Origin: a virus
Length of the DNA: 64,000 nt
Reading direction: 5' to 3' (one strand)
IMG/VR virus record: IMGVR_UViG_3300035670_000030
Coordinates: 79,731-143,730 of that record
Part shown: positions 20,001 through 29,623 of the stretch, piece after piece
How the letters are laid out: the number at the start of each line of letters is the position of its first letter
Numbering within the stretch: the stretch's first letter is position 1
Notes under the pieces: model-generated
Database searches by the model: none
Seen by the model: the letters and a program-made list of their open reading frames with translations, nothing else
Told to the model about the DNA's origin: nothing
Made by a program: the position numbers and the translations under genes

Positions 20001-23000
20001 CTCCTGCTTGACCAGCAGCCCCTAATCTTTGCCCAGCTGTTCCTGCTTGAGCTTTTTTGACTTGATTTCTAGCGGCTCGAATTTCATCTGCACTTTGTTT
20101 TCTAGAAGCTCTAAAAGCTGCTGGAGAATCGTAATTAATATTGGCTTTTGCTTGTTCTCTAGCATTTGCTAAATTAACTTTCGCACTATTAACATTAGAT
20201 CTTGTTAGTTCGGCTAAAGATTGTTTATACTGTTGACCAGCCCCTTGCAAACCAAAAGCTAGAAATCCTAATTGTGTTACTACTGCTGTTACAGCCGTAG
20301 CTAAATCTGAACCTTGAACGTCTTGATCTGCAAGTGCGAAATTAGGAATATAACCACTAGCAAAACCTTTACTACGCATTGCGCTTTTTCTTGCGCTTTT
20401 TGTTGGCTCATCACGTTTATTAAATACTCCAATACCCATTGGATTTACGCTTGTTAAGGCTTTTTCTTGTGCAAGATAAATTTGGTTTTTCGGAATACCA
20501 GCTGCTCGCTCTCGACTAACTGCGTCTTGAAGAGCCGCAAAATTTGGTATATAGCCAGAAGCTTTTCCACGAAAGCCTCTTGTTAAACCACGCTCACGTA
20601 ATTCTCTTCCAGTTAAACCTCTTTTTACTTTTGCTCCCCCAAACCCAAATTCTTCTCTTAATATTTTTTTTCTAAAACTTGTTACAGAATCTCCGCCAGT
20701 TGTTGCTTTAAAATCCGCTTTTACAATACCACCAATTCCAAATAAGCTTTGAATTTTTTCTATTCCTTTTCCAGCGCGAACATCAAAATCACCAGCTCCA
20801 GTATTAGATCTAGCAGCTTCATAACCTAGAGCTGTAGTTATTCCAACTTCAAAGGCCGCGCCAATTGCACTTAAAATAGCACCTTTAGCGCCTTTAGCAG
20901 ATTGAAATCCTTTTTCTAAATCAGATGGAGAAATTGGTTTTCCTGGGGGCGCTAATTTTTTAGTATAACTTGCGGTTCTATTTAAAACACTTTGATATAT
21001 TTGATTTTCTAATTTATTACTAGCTTCAGCTTCTCCAATTAATTTTGGCCCATAAGCTGTTTGTGGTGGAAATATATATTTAATGTTATTTGCTGTATCA
21101 GTAACTACGCCACCAGGAATTGGCTTATCAGGTGTTGATAATCTACCAGGAGCAGTAGAAGGAATTAGATATCCATATTTTTTAGCTCCCGATACTATTA
21201 CTTCTTTAGCAGTTTGAGTACCTTTTTGAAAATTAGGAATAAATCCTTTGCCGTAAGTTGGAATTACTGCCGAATCTCCGTTTTTACCAAAATTAGTAAT
21301 CTCAATCTCACGATTGTTTTTTATAAACTTTTTACCATCAATCGTTCCTTTGCTCATTTGAGCTTTAGGATTTTTTGCTCCTAAAGTTCTAGCTAATAGT
21401 TCTTCACGAGCAAAATCATCTTTGGCAAAATTTGGAATATAACCAGTAGCTCTTCCTGGTCTTCCAGTAGGTACAACTGGGACACCACCAGAAACACGAA
21501 CGCCAGCTCCAGCAAAAGCTTTTGAAATTTGTGTTGCGATAACAGCTTGTTTTTGTAGTTCAACAGTTTGTTGTTGCAAATTAGCTAATAATTGATTAGC
21601 GGCAGCATTTAGACCTTTTTCACCTTGTAAAGCAAGCTGTAATAATTTGGGATTATTCGATAAAATTTGGTTAATACTTGCTTGTAAATCTCTTTGCTGT
21701 GTTGCCGCAGTGTTTAAACCTAAAAGTTGTTTAACACTTCCAGTAGCAAAACTTGCTAAATCTTTAAATAATTTTAATAAAACGCCACCAATTAATACCA
21801 AACCTGGACCAGCAATAAATTGGCCTAATCCGTCTAGAATTCCTCTACCTAGTACAGTACCGAATCCTTGAGCATCACTTTCGTTAAATCCTGCAAGTAA
21901 TTGATTTGTCCCCCCAACCAATCTTTCAATAGATGGCCCAAATAATCTTTCACCGCCAACGGCAGCCAATTGTCTTGCATTTTCTTGAAGAGCATTTAAT
22001 TGAGCCGCATAAGTTTTATTTAATTCTTCATTTCTTCTAACAGCTTGGTCTGTAGCATTCGCAGAAACATTTAAGGCATTATTATAAATCGAATATTCTT
22101 TTCCTAAATCAGCTAAAGCAGCTTTTAAAATGTTAATTTGGAATACGCCACCGACCTGTTCTGCAACATATGCTTGTTGTTGTGATCCAAGAGTATCATA
22201 GACTCTACCCAAATCTTGAAGAAGTTGAATTGTTGATTTTATTTGTCCTCCAGCACCAACAGTCTCAACACCCAAACTTTCTAATAAGCTTACAACCTTA
22301 GTTCTTTGCAATCTAGTAAAAATTGTTTTAAAAGAGTTACCAATAACAGCACCGCCACGAGCAGTTGTTTGTTGTGCAGCTGTAACAATAGCTATTAATT
22401 CATTTAATGAGACTCCTGATTGAGCAGCGCTACTACCAACACGGGCAACTGCGTCCGCAAGATCTGCAGAACTAACAGCGAAAGCTGCATCTACAGTTGC
22501 AAATTTATTGACAACCTCAGTCGCACTAACAGCTTGGCTAGCAAATGAATTTACTGCCGCAGTAAGAGCTTCAACACTCTTAACCGTATCCAAACCACTC
22601 AAACGTGATAAAATAAGCGCTTCACTTGTTCTCTTAAGAGTTTCTTCTACACCAAGACCTTGACGAGAGAATTCTGTTGCAGCTTCTGCTACAGCTTGAA
22701 AAGTTTGTCCTGTATTTCTAGCAATATTAAAAAGTTCTCCACCAAATTTTTGCAACTCTTTTGTTGAAACATTAAGAATAACATTGATATCTTGTAAAGA
22801 CTTTTGGACTTCAACGACTGAAGTTAAAAGTGCTGTAAAAGCTCTTTCTACTCCAAATATAATACCAGCACTTGCTCCGAAGGCAATAACACGAGCATTT
22901 GAAGCATCTAATGATTTATTAAATTCATTAACCTGTCCTGTAATCCGACCAAGAGGTTGATCGCCCTTAGTTTTTAAATTAATATTATATACCTTATTGA

Positions 23001-23067
23001 CAGTCTTTTGTATATCCCTGTCTAAACGCCTAGTATCTCCACCAATATCTAAATTAATAGCAGCCAT
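17065..23067 (-). CDS. Tail tape measure protein
   Basis: 2000 aa, Ala/Gln-rich and helical; TP901-type N-terminal region (AAQSGVSLNELIAIVTAAQQTTARGGAVIGNSFKTIFTRL); follows tube and chaperone genes. Confidence 0.93.
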   Translation of the reverse strand: MAAINLDIGGDTRRLDRDIQKTVNKVYNINLKTKGDQPLGRITGQVNEFNKSLDASNARVIAFGASAGIIFGVERAFTALLTSVVEVQKSLQDINVILNVSTKELQKFGGELFNIARNTGQTFQAVAEAATEFSRQGLGVEETLKRTSEALILSRLSGLDTVKSVEALTAAVNSFASQAVSATEVVNKFATVDAAFAVSSADLADAVARVGSSAAQSGVSLNELIAIVTAAQQTTARGGAVIGNSFKTIFTRLQRTKVVSLLESLGVETVGAGGQIKSTIQLLQDLGRVYDTLGSQQQAYVAEQVGGVFQINILKAALADLGKEYSIYNNALNVSANATDQAVRRNEELNKTYAAQLNALQENARQLAAVGGERLFGPSIERLVGGTNQLLAGFNESDAQGFGTVLGRGILDGLGQFIAGPGLVLIGGVLLKLFKDLASFATGSVKQLLGLNTAATQQRDLQASINQILSNNPKLLQLALQGEKGLNAAANQLLANLQQQTVELQKQAVIATQISKAFAGAGVRVSGGVPVVPTGRPGRATGYIPNFAKDDFAREELLARTLGAKNPKAQMSKGTIDGKKFIKNNREIEITNFGKNGDSAVIPTYGKGFIPNFQKGTQTAKEVIVSGAKKYGYLIPSTAPGRLSTPDKPIPGGVVTDTANNIKYIFPPQTAYGPKLIGEAEASNKLENQIYQSVLNRTASYTKKLAPPGKPISPSDLEKGFQSAKGAKGAILSAIGAAFEVGITTALGYEAARSNTGAGDFDVRAGKGIEKIQSLFGIGGIVKADFKATTGGDSVTSFRKKILREEFGFGGAKVKRGLTGRELRERGLTRGFRGKASGYIPNFAALQDAVSRERAAGIPKNQIYLAQEKALTSVNPMGIGVFNKRDEPTKSARKSAMRSKGFASGYIPNFALADQDVQGSDLATAVTAVVTQLGFLAFGLQGAGQQYKQSLAELTRSNVNSAKVNLANAREQAKANINYDSPAAFRASRKQSADEIRAARNQVKKAQAGTAGQRLGAAGQAGGFALALGGPIIAETLKNIIGQETAGARRGGEVVSAAGEIAGFAGTGAVFGPVGAAVGTVVGSLLTIPKIVSSFASDFPELSQSAKKAGEELTKFSDSGAKLLASFETLQQGLEDPSTSQEVINKASEEYAKILSGLSAEDQKRLSAAAKTGQLETEYAKVLAEKTAELQSREAAADLGQVTGDVESRNFLRNAAGVLNYTGIGAISEFSKALNGPSLQDYIDYYLPSETGVGTQASRTNMSVFGQAVTQGRTGQDAIDALQKAGGIDFVKQLNQIQTGDVGALEALLNKVIPEQEGKADIVAQFIAQANNNAQDFQNVVGDLGQSFIQNTEKAKNAKTAADELAAATQDEAVKKKAATEATAKIIENLERNIRVAQFAAESERKLARSREQFARQEIFADRFTRKTETAATIVGPEAPLAEAFALREQIAGIAQSQIEGIENIKFSFVDTINSSINDAFKDATGETIGGARQDGTSKDITKTNDQLSVQAFQQTRAFKEVQSVLNQYLQSSGTINLETLLAQIDSKLADANVNAETRTKISTQLKEESSKVNSEIKLLKQESVQSFKKLAKEQLQRILIQKISQAQAFGGGIDEFLNPKEPGQGVFDKVLESTKAFDQFQGQQVDFRFDYRQGTNDFRYQYGAAQRARQEMAPEFGREALKLIGNLQSFTGYTPDPTGKAYQAGIAGVEEFLRRQVTELQTVAKSSETPQIVRDEINAALQTIPELGGLKTIAQLQVARQTGALDETQFEAITKKYQDPVLQALKERAVQMGAQTPEAKIILDEVAKLARERITTEGNEPTVEAINTTNSILNDILISPGINGKRSNDVDAVLDRLFNKNPQTTTGNINKPVQEKPEMFAQQEAALNTNTGALNNLTGGIESLRNIIANLQTSFETANATQTNNANTNTGAQPNIQTTTSAPVNVTVQAQGGGDIAAAVGEAVQNAIPTIIEKVRVALGQKVPPKASSNITPREARGG

Positions 23068-23106
23068 TATATTCCTTAATCCTTTATGTACAATTAATTA
23101 CACATT

Positions 23107-24129
23107 TTAATTATTTTCGCGCGCTTTGAAATATTCTGATTTTTCAAGAACTCCACCTTTTTCTTTAGCTAGTTCTAATAGACTTTTACCATGTAATTTT
23201 TCGACTTTTACTCCAATTTTATCTAAATCATCTTTTGTTGCCCCGACAGGGCTTGTAACTAAATTGGAGCTACTAGTTTTAGACCTTTTATTTTTTGATT
23301 TAATACTTGTATCTTTTGATTGGTTATCAATCCACATTACAAGCTTTTCAGGATCATTTAATATATCATCGGGAACTGATTTTCCAGACTCATTGTAATT
23401 TTTTACAATATTCTTATACATTTTCCCATACAATAAAATATCTATTTGATATTTAGTACAACCAGTGGTTGCTTTGCCCCAAAAACTATAAGCGTCATCA
23501 TTTAAATAAACTAAATTCTGAAAAAACCCTGTTGCAGCTACTTTCTTTATATTATCATGATTAAATATTTCTGAATACGTTTCAAAGGCATTTTTAATAT
23601 TTTTTAAAGACTCCTCATTTAAATCATAATATTCATCCCTAGTAACGAAAAGCTTTTCAGTAAAAGTGGGATTTTTATAAGTAAAAAATCTCAATAATTC
23701 TTCGGTCAATTTACTATTAGCATAATCTTCTAAAGAATAACCAACAATTTCTCGACGTTCTTTTGTATAAGTAATTAAAATAGATTCATTTTGTTTTATT
23801 TGTTTATCTATTTCTATTCTTTGAGATGGGTATAATAATTTATCTCTTGTTTTAAATAAATTTTGAATGGTCTTTTTAAGAAAATTTATTTTAGACTCGT
23901 TTTCTGATGACCACCAACCATTTTTAATGGCTTCATTTAATTTATCAGATTCTGATTCCAGACCTTTTTTACGTCCTTCTGATAAAAAAATATCGTAACT
24001 TGAATAAGTAGAAAAATGCTCTGCTAACGTTGGGTGTTTAAAATAAATTATAGAATTATTAACTATAGATTGTGAAAATCCTTTACATATTTCACTATAT
24101 ATTCTTCCATATTCAGATTGTTTGTCCAC
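23107..24129 (-). CDS. Putative tail assembly chaperone
   Basis: 340 aa, between the tail tube and tape measure genes. Confidence 0.5.
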   Translation of the reverse strand: MDKQSEYGRIYSEICKGFSQSIVNNSIIYFKHPTLAEHFSTYSSYDIFLSEGRKKGLESESDKLNEAIKNGWWSSENESKINFLKKTIQNLFKTRDKLLYPSQRIEIDKQIKQNESILITYTKERREIVGYSLEDYANSKLTEELLRFFTYKNPTFTEKLFVTRDEYYDLNEESLKNIKNAFETYSEIFNHDNIKKVAATGFFQNLVYLNDDAYSFWGKATTGCTKYQIDILLYGKMYKNIVKNYNESGKSVPDDILNDPEKLVMWIDNQSKDTSIKSKNKRSKTSSSNLVTSPVGATKDDLDKIGVKVEKLHGKSLLELAKEKGGVLEKSEYFKARENN

Positions 24130-24130
24130 A

Positions 24131-24937
24131 TTATTCGGATTTGATTTCTTCTATAATAGAAATTTTTTCTTCAACTTTAATTTCTTCTACTTCAGTTTTT
24201 TGTTCTTTTTTATCTTGTTCTTGCGGTTCAATTTTATTCTCTTTTATAAAATTTTCATCAAAGATTTTAAAATCATCTACAGAATCAGCGCGCCCCAAAA
24301 ACCAAAGAGTAATAAGATACATGAATCTACGAACAACACCTAGTAAAAACTCATATTTATTTTCTTCTTCTTCAAAACTATCATATTGAATTAATTTTTC
24401 TTCAAATGATTCACCTTTAAAAATAGGACTATATTCTTCAGCATTTTTTTCATAAGCTAAGTTCATTACCCACCATAAAATGGCTCTATTACGAGCTTTT
24501 GCTTCTGCGGTATTTTCAAAAATAGCAATTTGAGATGCTTCGAAATTTTGAATATCTTTTCTAATTTCATCTAATTGGTCAATTAATTCTTTTGAACGTA
24601 ATTTTTCAGCTTCAGTCCTATCTCCATCTCCTTTAATCAAAATAGATTGTAATTCAAATGATGAATCCCTAAATTTCAAAAGTAATTTACCATATTCTTC
24701 ACGCTCTTGATCGCTAATACTACCACCGCCATTAGATAAAATGGTTCCCCATGCTGCTTTTGGTAAAACACCAGCTTTAGCAAATCTTGAAGTTTCAGCC
24801 GCATAGAAAAGTTCGCCATCTTCACGTAAGCGACGATTTGGTTTTAATATTGCAAATTTTTTTGTGAGAGTATCTTGTGATCCGTCATCTTTTTTTATAA
24901 CATTTTTAGCATCAAATTCGTATAACCATTTATTCAT
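24131..24937 (-). CDS. Putative tail assembly chaperone
   Basis: 268 aa, acidic and helical, between the tail tube and tape measure genes. Confidence 0.5.
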   Translation of the reverse strand: MNKWLYEFDAKNVIKKDDGSQDTLTKKFAILKPNRRLREDGELFYAAETSRFAKAGVLPKAAWGTILSNGGGSISDQEREEYGKLLLKFRDSSFELQSILIKGDGDRTEAEKLRSKELIDQLDEIRKDIQNFEASQIAIFENTAEAKARNRAILWWVMNLAYEKNAEEYSPIFKGESFEEKLIQYDSFEEEENKYEFLLGVVRRFMYLITLWFLGRADSVDDFKIFDENFIKENKIEPQEQDKKEQKTEVEEIKVEEKISIIEEIKSE

Positions 24938-24946
24938 ATATTTATA

Positions 24947-25171
24947 TTATTTATCCTTTAATTTAAAATCAAAATTATCTAGTTCTTGTTCTATATTTCT
25001 ATAACAATTATTGCCATAATCAAGAACACGCTTTCTTAATCTTTGGAATTCATCTTCTGTAATTTTGTCTTCGCTTTTAAGGTCTTCAAGAGTATATAAA
25101 AAACTTAAATAGAGTTTTTTAACGTCTCTATAAACGAATCCTTTAACAAGATCATTTAAATCAATATTCAT
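24947..25171 (-). CDS. Small hypothetical protein
   Basis: 74 aa with AAGG upstream and its own GTGTAA motif. Confidence 0.6.
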   Translation of the reverse strand: MNIDLNDLVKGFVYRDVKKLYLSFLYTLEDLKSEDKITEDEFQRLRKRVLDYGNNCYRNIEQELDNFDFKLKDK

Positions 25172-25210
25172 CCTTTACAAACCTTTTGCCTATTTTAAAT
25201 TACACTTCAT

Positions 25211-25240
25211 AAAAAAAATGGGCACCCGAAGGTGCCCATT
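25211..25240 (-). terminator. Rho-independent terminator after the tail tube gene
   Basis: Minus strand reads AATGGGCACC-TTCG-GGTGCCCATT followed by a T run (cUUCGg tetraloop). Confidence 0.92.
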
Positions 25241-25263
25241 AAGTTTTATTTTTAATAAAATAA

Positions 25264-26367
25264 TTAAGCGGTAATGCTACCAGAGATAAAGATACCTTTT
25301 TCGATATCTTGAGGTCCAGAAAGCTGAACTTCATATGTTGCTGTCATTGTAGCATTATCACCAATTGCGCTTGAGAAGCTTTGTGAAACTAATTTAGCGC
25401 CTTTGAAAACATAAGCAATTGCTGTTGGTTTATTTACAGAACAACCTGGCTCTTTCATAAGAATTGTGAAATTCTTTAATGTTTCACTACAAAGGATATC
25501 GGCTAAGTTACCATTTTTAAGGTCTCCTACTTCGGCATTAACTTCTAAAGTTGCTGTAACTGGGAAGTCAATTTCACGAGAAAACGCAAAACGGTTTCCA
25601 AGTTTTTGAAGCGGGGTACGAGCGAGATCGAAAGAAAGTGTAAAATCTTGAACTTTCAAATCTGTTTCTTGGAAACCAATTGTACTATCAGCTGGAAGAT
25701 TAAATACAATATCTCCAGGTTGTAATGCCGTTGGGATTCCAGCCCCAGTAATTGCCGTAGCCTGTGGCAATTTGAAAAAGCTTCCTGTAATATTTAAGCC
25801 ATCAACTGGGTTTACTGCTGGAATTACTTCGTTACCAGTAGCATTACCATATATACGGATATTTAAACCTTCAATTTCGATATCTGCTGTAGCAATTTCA
25901 CCAACAGCAGCATTGACACTATATGAAGTTAAGAATCCGTTTCCGACACCAATAACACCAGTATTTGCGCCAGCATATAGAGCTGCATCATTACCTTCAT
26001 CAGCAATTAAAAGATAATAATTTTTTTCGTCAGTGGCTTTTGTAAGTAAACCAGAAATACAAGAACGAAGATTTGCTTCGGCAGTACCACTTGGATATAC
26101 GTTTAATCCTAAAAATTTTTCATTTTGACCATTAGTTACATAATAAGAAAAACTAGCTGTTACATCTGGATTTTCTGTTTCAATACGGTCAATAGCAGCT
26201 AAGTTACCAAACTGGTTAACGTCCGTGAAATTACGTGTAAAATCTTCGTCAAAATTTTGAACACGAGAAAGTTGTTTTACATCGTTTACACCAGTTTGCA
26301 TTCCAGTCGCAGAAACTTGGCTTGCATAAAGAGCTAATACTTGATAAATTGTTCTATTTCTTGCCAT
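25264..26367 (-). CDS. Major tail tube protein
   Basis: 367 aa, beta-rich; higher-GC codon usage like the capsid gene; own promoter motif and terminator; position before chaperones and tape measure. Confidence 0.8.
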   Translation of the reverse strand: MARNRTIYQVLALYASQVSATGMQTGVNDVKQLSRVQNFDEDFTRNFTDVNQFGNLAAIDRIETENPDVTASFSYYVTNGQNEKFLGLNVYPSGTAEANLRSCISGLLTKATDEKNYYLLIADEGNDAALYAGANTGVIGVGNGFLTSYSVNAAVGEIATADIEIEGLNIRIYGNATGNEVIPAVNPVDGLNITGSFFKLPQATAITGAGIPTALQPGDIVFNLPADSTIGFQETDLKVQDFTLSFDLARTPLQKLGNRFAFSREIDFPVTATLEVNAEVGDLKNGNLADILCSETLKNFTILMKEPGCSVNKPTAIAYVFKGAKLVSQSFSSAIGDNATMTATYEVQLSGPQDIEKGIFISGSITA

Positions 26368-26418
26368 ACTTATAATTACAGCTCATTTTTATTAAAGACA
26401 CTAGTTATTTATTATTAA

Positions 26419-27582
26419 TTAAATTATCTGATTAACTTTTGGAACAGGTAAATATTGACTATTAATAGTATACCAATTATTTACCATCCAAGGATATAAT
26501 ACATCCTCTGGACTCCAATAAATTGCATCTAATCCATTTTCCGCAAAATCAAAAATATTCCATTGATTTTCAAACCATGCTATAAACCAGTTTCCATTTC
26601 CATCTTTATTATAATAAGGTTTTCCTTGGAATTCTGTAGTGTATACAAATGTTCCATTTAGATTTGGCCATCCACCATTTTGAACATCAACGCTTGATAA
26701 TAACCCAGGAACAATTTGTGCTGGTTCTTGATCATAAACTCTAGGATATCTTAAATCAGATAATTCAAAATCAACGAGAGCCGCAACACATTTTTTATTA
26801 ATTTTTGCATTATCGATTTCATCTAATTTTGAAACAGTAACTTTATCAATATAAACAAGACTATTTGATGGTTGATTTTTACATAAATTAATATAATTAA
26901 AATTATTACTTAATTTAAAATCACCAAAATAATTAAATGGAAAATCATCAGGATTCAAGACAGGAAAAACTTTTCTTGCGCTATCACTTAAAATAGAAAT
27001 AAGACCATCTAATGAAAAACTATTTGAGGCTAATACAATACAACGTACCATTGTTTCTGTAGAATCTTCCCCACCGAAAGCAAAAGGAACATTTTCTCCC
27101 ATCCTATGCTTAATAAAAATACATGGATATGGTGTATCTAAATAACCTAAAGCACCTGTTACTTGTGTTACTTTTGGAGTGACATTATAAGCTTTTTCAA
27201 AAAGTAATTTTTCCTCACGTTCATCAGTATAATAAATATTATATTCTTTAAAACTATAAGTTGCAGTGACATTATTAGAATTTAATCCACTATTTAAAAT
27301 TGCACGTCCTTTATTAAAATCAATTTTTAGCCCACTTACCCCACGATCTATAAAATTACCATTAACAAAAATCCCAGAAGAAATATTCGCATTAGGAACA
27401 CTACTATCGTATACCCATTGACGGAATGGAGATCCATATATAGAATTATTTGGAAAATTTGGATCAGGAGAATTATAAAGTTTACCGCTATAATTTATAA
27501 AAGCCTCTCCCCTCGTTAGAATTTCATGATCTAACCATAAATAAAAACTGGACATTAGATTTGTAATATAACTAGCTTTCAT
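26419..27582 (-). CDS. Putative tail terminator/neck protein with a C-terminal Trp-rich accessory domain
   Basis: Directly before the tube gene; YPCIFI motif; appended ~100-aa NGTF..Y...KPYYNK..W..W domain. Confidence 0.5.
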   Translation of the reverse strand: MKASYITNLMSSFYLWLDHEILTRGEAFINYSGKLYNSPDPNFPNNSIYGSPFRQWVYDSSVPNANISSGIFVNGNFIDRGVSGLKIDFNKGRAILNSGLNSNNVTATYSFKEYNIYYTDEREEKLLFEKAYNVTPKVTQVTGALGYLDTPYPCIFIKHRMGENVPFAFGGEDSTETMVRCIVLASNSFSLDGLISILSDSARKVFPVLNPDDFPFNYFGDFKLSNNFNYINLCKNQPSNSLVYIDKVTVSKLDEIDNAKINKKCVAALVDFELSDLRYPRVYDQEPAQIVPGLLSSVDVQNGGWPNLNGTFVYTTEFQGKPYYNKDGNGNWFIAWFENQWNIFDFAENGLDAIYWSPEDVLYPWMVNNWYTINSQYLPVPKVNQII

Positions 27583-28160
27583 TATATAACCCCCAATCTT
27601 TTAAGAAATTTTGTATACATAGGACTAAAATATTTTACAGGACGAAATATACGATTTGAATAATTATATTTTATTTGAATACCACCGCCAGAACGAGACC
27701 CACTAAAACGTCCATATAAAAAAGAACCTAAACCAGAAATTCCGCGTTCAACATCTAATAGCCAACTACGACCACCTTCCCATGGTAATCTTGTGACAGC
27801 ACCAAATTCTTCTTTAGAGGGGATATTAACTTTTATTTCGAAACCATTTTGCGTATCTTTAACTTTACGATCTAATAAAATTTTTTGTATTAAACGTTTT
27901 ACTGGTAATGTTGGATTCGATCCTTTATTAAAACCTAAAAATGAAAATAAATTACCATAACCGCCAAGTGTTCCAGATATATTAGATGCATTTTCTCCAC
28001 CATCTAATTCTTGCGTAACAGGGTGTGATTCAAATTCTGCGCGAAATAAAGCCTTTTCTTTTTCTAGTTCTTGTTTAACTAAATTACGAACTAAAGTCTT
28101 TACGCTTTTACTTTGGAAGACCTCCTTTTTAATAAGTTTTTTATTAATTTTTCCAGCCAT
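27582..28160 (-). CDS. Putative neck/tail-completion protein
   Basis: 192 aa, basic, in the head-tail joining region. Confidence 0.5.
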   Translation of the reverse strand: MAGKINKKLIKKEVFQSKSVKTLVRNLVKQELEKEKALFRAEFESHPVTQELDGGENASNISGTLGGYGNLFSFLGFNKGSNPTLPVKRLIQKILLDRKVKDTQNGFEIKVNIPSKEEFGAVTRLPWEGGRSWLLDVERGISGLGSFLYGRFSGSRSGGGIQIKYNYSNRIFRPVKYFSPMYTKFLKRLGVI

Positions 28161-28591
28161 TATTCGCTCTCCCTAAAATATAAAGTATAAAAATCTATAT
28201 TGAAAAGTCCGTGTGGACGATTAGTTCCCAATGATTGGACCGGACGACCATCAATTTCAATTTTTTCAGCATCACTAATAAAATCTACAAAATCTTTTTT
28301 TGCTTTTATTCTGCAAATATTTCCACGTACTTCTTCACGAATTTCTGGCCAACCCATCATTTTAGATGGATCTTGCCATTGAATTCGACAATCAAAAGTA
28401 CCACTAATCGGAATATAAGTTACTTCTATAGACTCCTGATCGTTATATAAAAAATTATAATTTGGATCACTAGATACGACTACACGTTCAGGTGTTTTCC
28501 ATGCAGTAACAGGCCTTGCAAATGTATCATGTAAATTATTGAATTCATTTGCCCATGCTAATTTTTCTGCATCTGAAACAAAACTTGGCAT
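28160..28591 (-). CDS. Putative head-closure (stopper) protein
   Basis: 143 aa, beta-rich; synteny. Confidence 0.5.
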   Translation of the reverse strand: MPSFVSDAEKLAWANEFNNLHDTFARPVTAWKTPERVVVSSDPNYNFLYNDQESIEVTYIPISGTFDCRIQWQDPSKMMGWPEIREEVRGNICRIKAKKDFVDFISDAEKIEIDGRPVQSLGTNRPHGLFNIDFYTLYFRESE

Positions 28592-28592
28592 A

Positions 28593-29126
28593 TTAATTTA
28601 ATGTTCTTTGATATTCTTGAGTTATATAAATTGCAACACCTTCAGTATCATCTCCAACAACTTGATCAGGTATAGAATTATATTTAAGATACATTTTTAC
28701 AGATTTATCTAATTCCGCTTTGCAGTCTTGAGCAAGACCTCTAAAATTTTTAGAAATTTCATTTTTATTAATTTTAGTGATTGTACTGTCCCCTTCTCTT
28801 AAAGTTGTCCAATCATTACCAACAGTCATTGCACTAGATGCTGCGTTTCTGGCTTCATTTTTAAAATACTCACAATCAAATATCATTTTATAAATCGAAT
28901 ATTGATCAGAAGACGGCTCTGGTAATAAACCATAACCAGTAACGATTCCAGAAGAGTTTTGAAAACAAACCCCAGAAATATGCGTGCCTATTAAATTATT
29001 TAATTTTCCAGCATTTGAATTATCCAAAAACCATCCAGATAAACGACTTGGAGGATAAGATGCAGGATTTCCTAAATCATTATATACACTATCTATAAAT
29101 TGAGAAAAAGAATATGTACAGTTCAC
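28593..29126 (-). CDS. Putative head-tail adaptor
   Basis: 177 aa, GTG start; synteny after the capsid gene. Confidence 0.5.
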   Translation of the reverse strand: MNCTYSFSQFIDSVYNDLGNPASYPPSRLSGWFLDNSNAGKLNNLIGTHISGVCFQNSSGIVTGYGLLPEPSSDQYSIYKMIFDCEYFKNEARNAASSAMTVGNDWTTLREGDSTITKINKNEISKNFRGLAQDCKAELDKSVKMYLKYNSIPDQVVGDDTEGVAIYITQEYQRTLN

Positions 29127-29146
29127 ATACTATTTTACACAAAAAA

Positions 29147-29524
29147 TTAAGCACCTTCTCTTAAGATCTTTCGCGCTTTAGCGTCTAAATCATTAATTGA
29201 TTTAACTTGACCTTCTGCAACATTACTACCATATCTAGAATTCCATTTTATAAATTCCTGAACTAAACGGTCTGTAAGAACTTTTCTATCTGGAGTTGGA
29301 ACAAGACCAATTTTATATGCATGTGCTTGTAGATCCGTCATATTCATTTCAGCTAATTGTCCACGATATTGTTCAGAACTTGTTGCTGTGTATATTGAAA
29401 GAGTTTCGCCTAAAATTTCATCTAAAGAAGATGGCTGTTTAACAGTTTTTTCCTCTTTCCCGTGAATTTGTAACATATCTTTTTTTGATGGGCGACCTCT
29501 TTTCTTTTTAGTTTGAGTATTCAT
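29147..29524 (-). CDS. Small protein with an N-terminal AT-hook-like motif
   Basis: KKKRGRPSKK at the N-terminus. Confidence 0.6.
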   Translation of the reverse strand: MNTQTKKKRGRPSKKDMLQIHGKEEKTVKQPSSLDEILGETLSIYTATSSEQYRGQLAEMNMTDLQAHAYKIGLVPTPDRKVLTDRLVQEFIKWNSRYGSNVAEGQVKSINDLDAKARKILREGA

Positions 29525-29570
29525 CTTAAATATTATTACATTTAATGTAAAAATAATCTAATTTTTTTAT

Positions 29571-29600
29571 AAAAAAAGGGCCACCCTTTCGGATGGCCCT
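29571..29600 (-). terminator. Rho-independent terminator after the major capsid gene
   Basis: Minus strand reads AGGGCCATCC-GAAA-GGGTGGCCCT followed by a T run. Confidence 0.92.
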
Positions 29601-29623
29601 AATTTTTTAAACTATTTGTTTAA

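Noticed and set aside
23107-24937. Programmed frameshift between the tail chaperone genes
   Set aside because: These are two complete ORFs with their own start and stop; no convincing slippery site was identified by eye.
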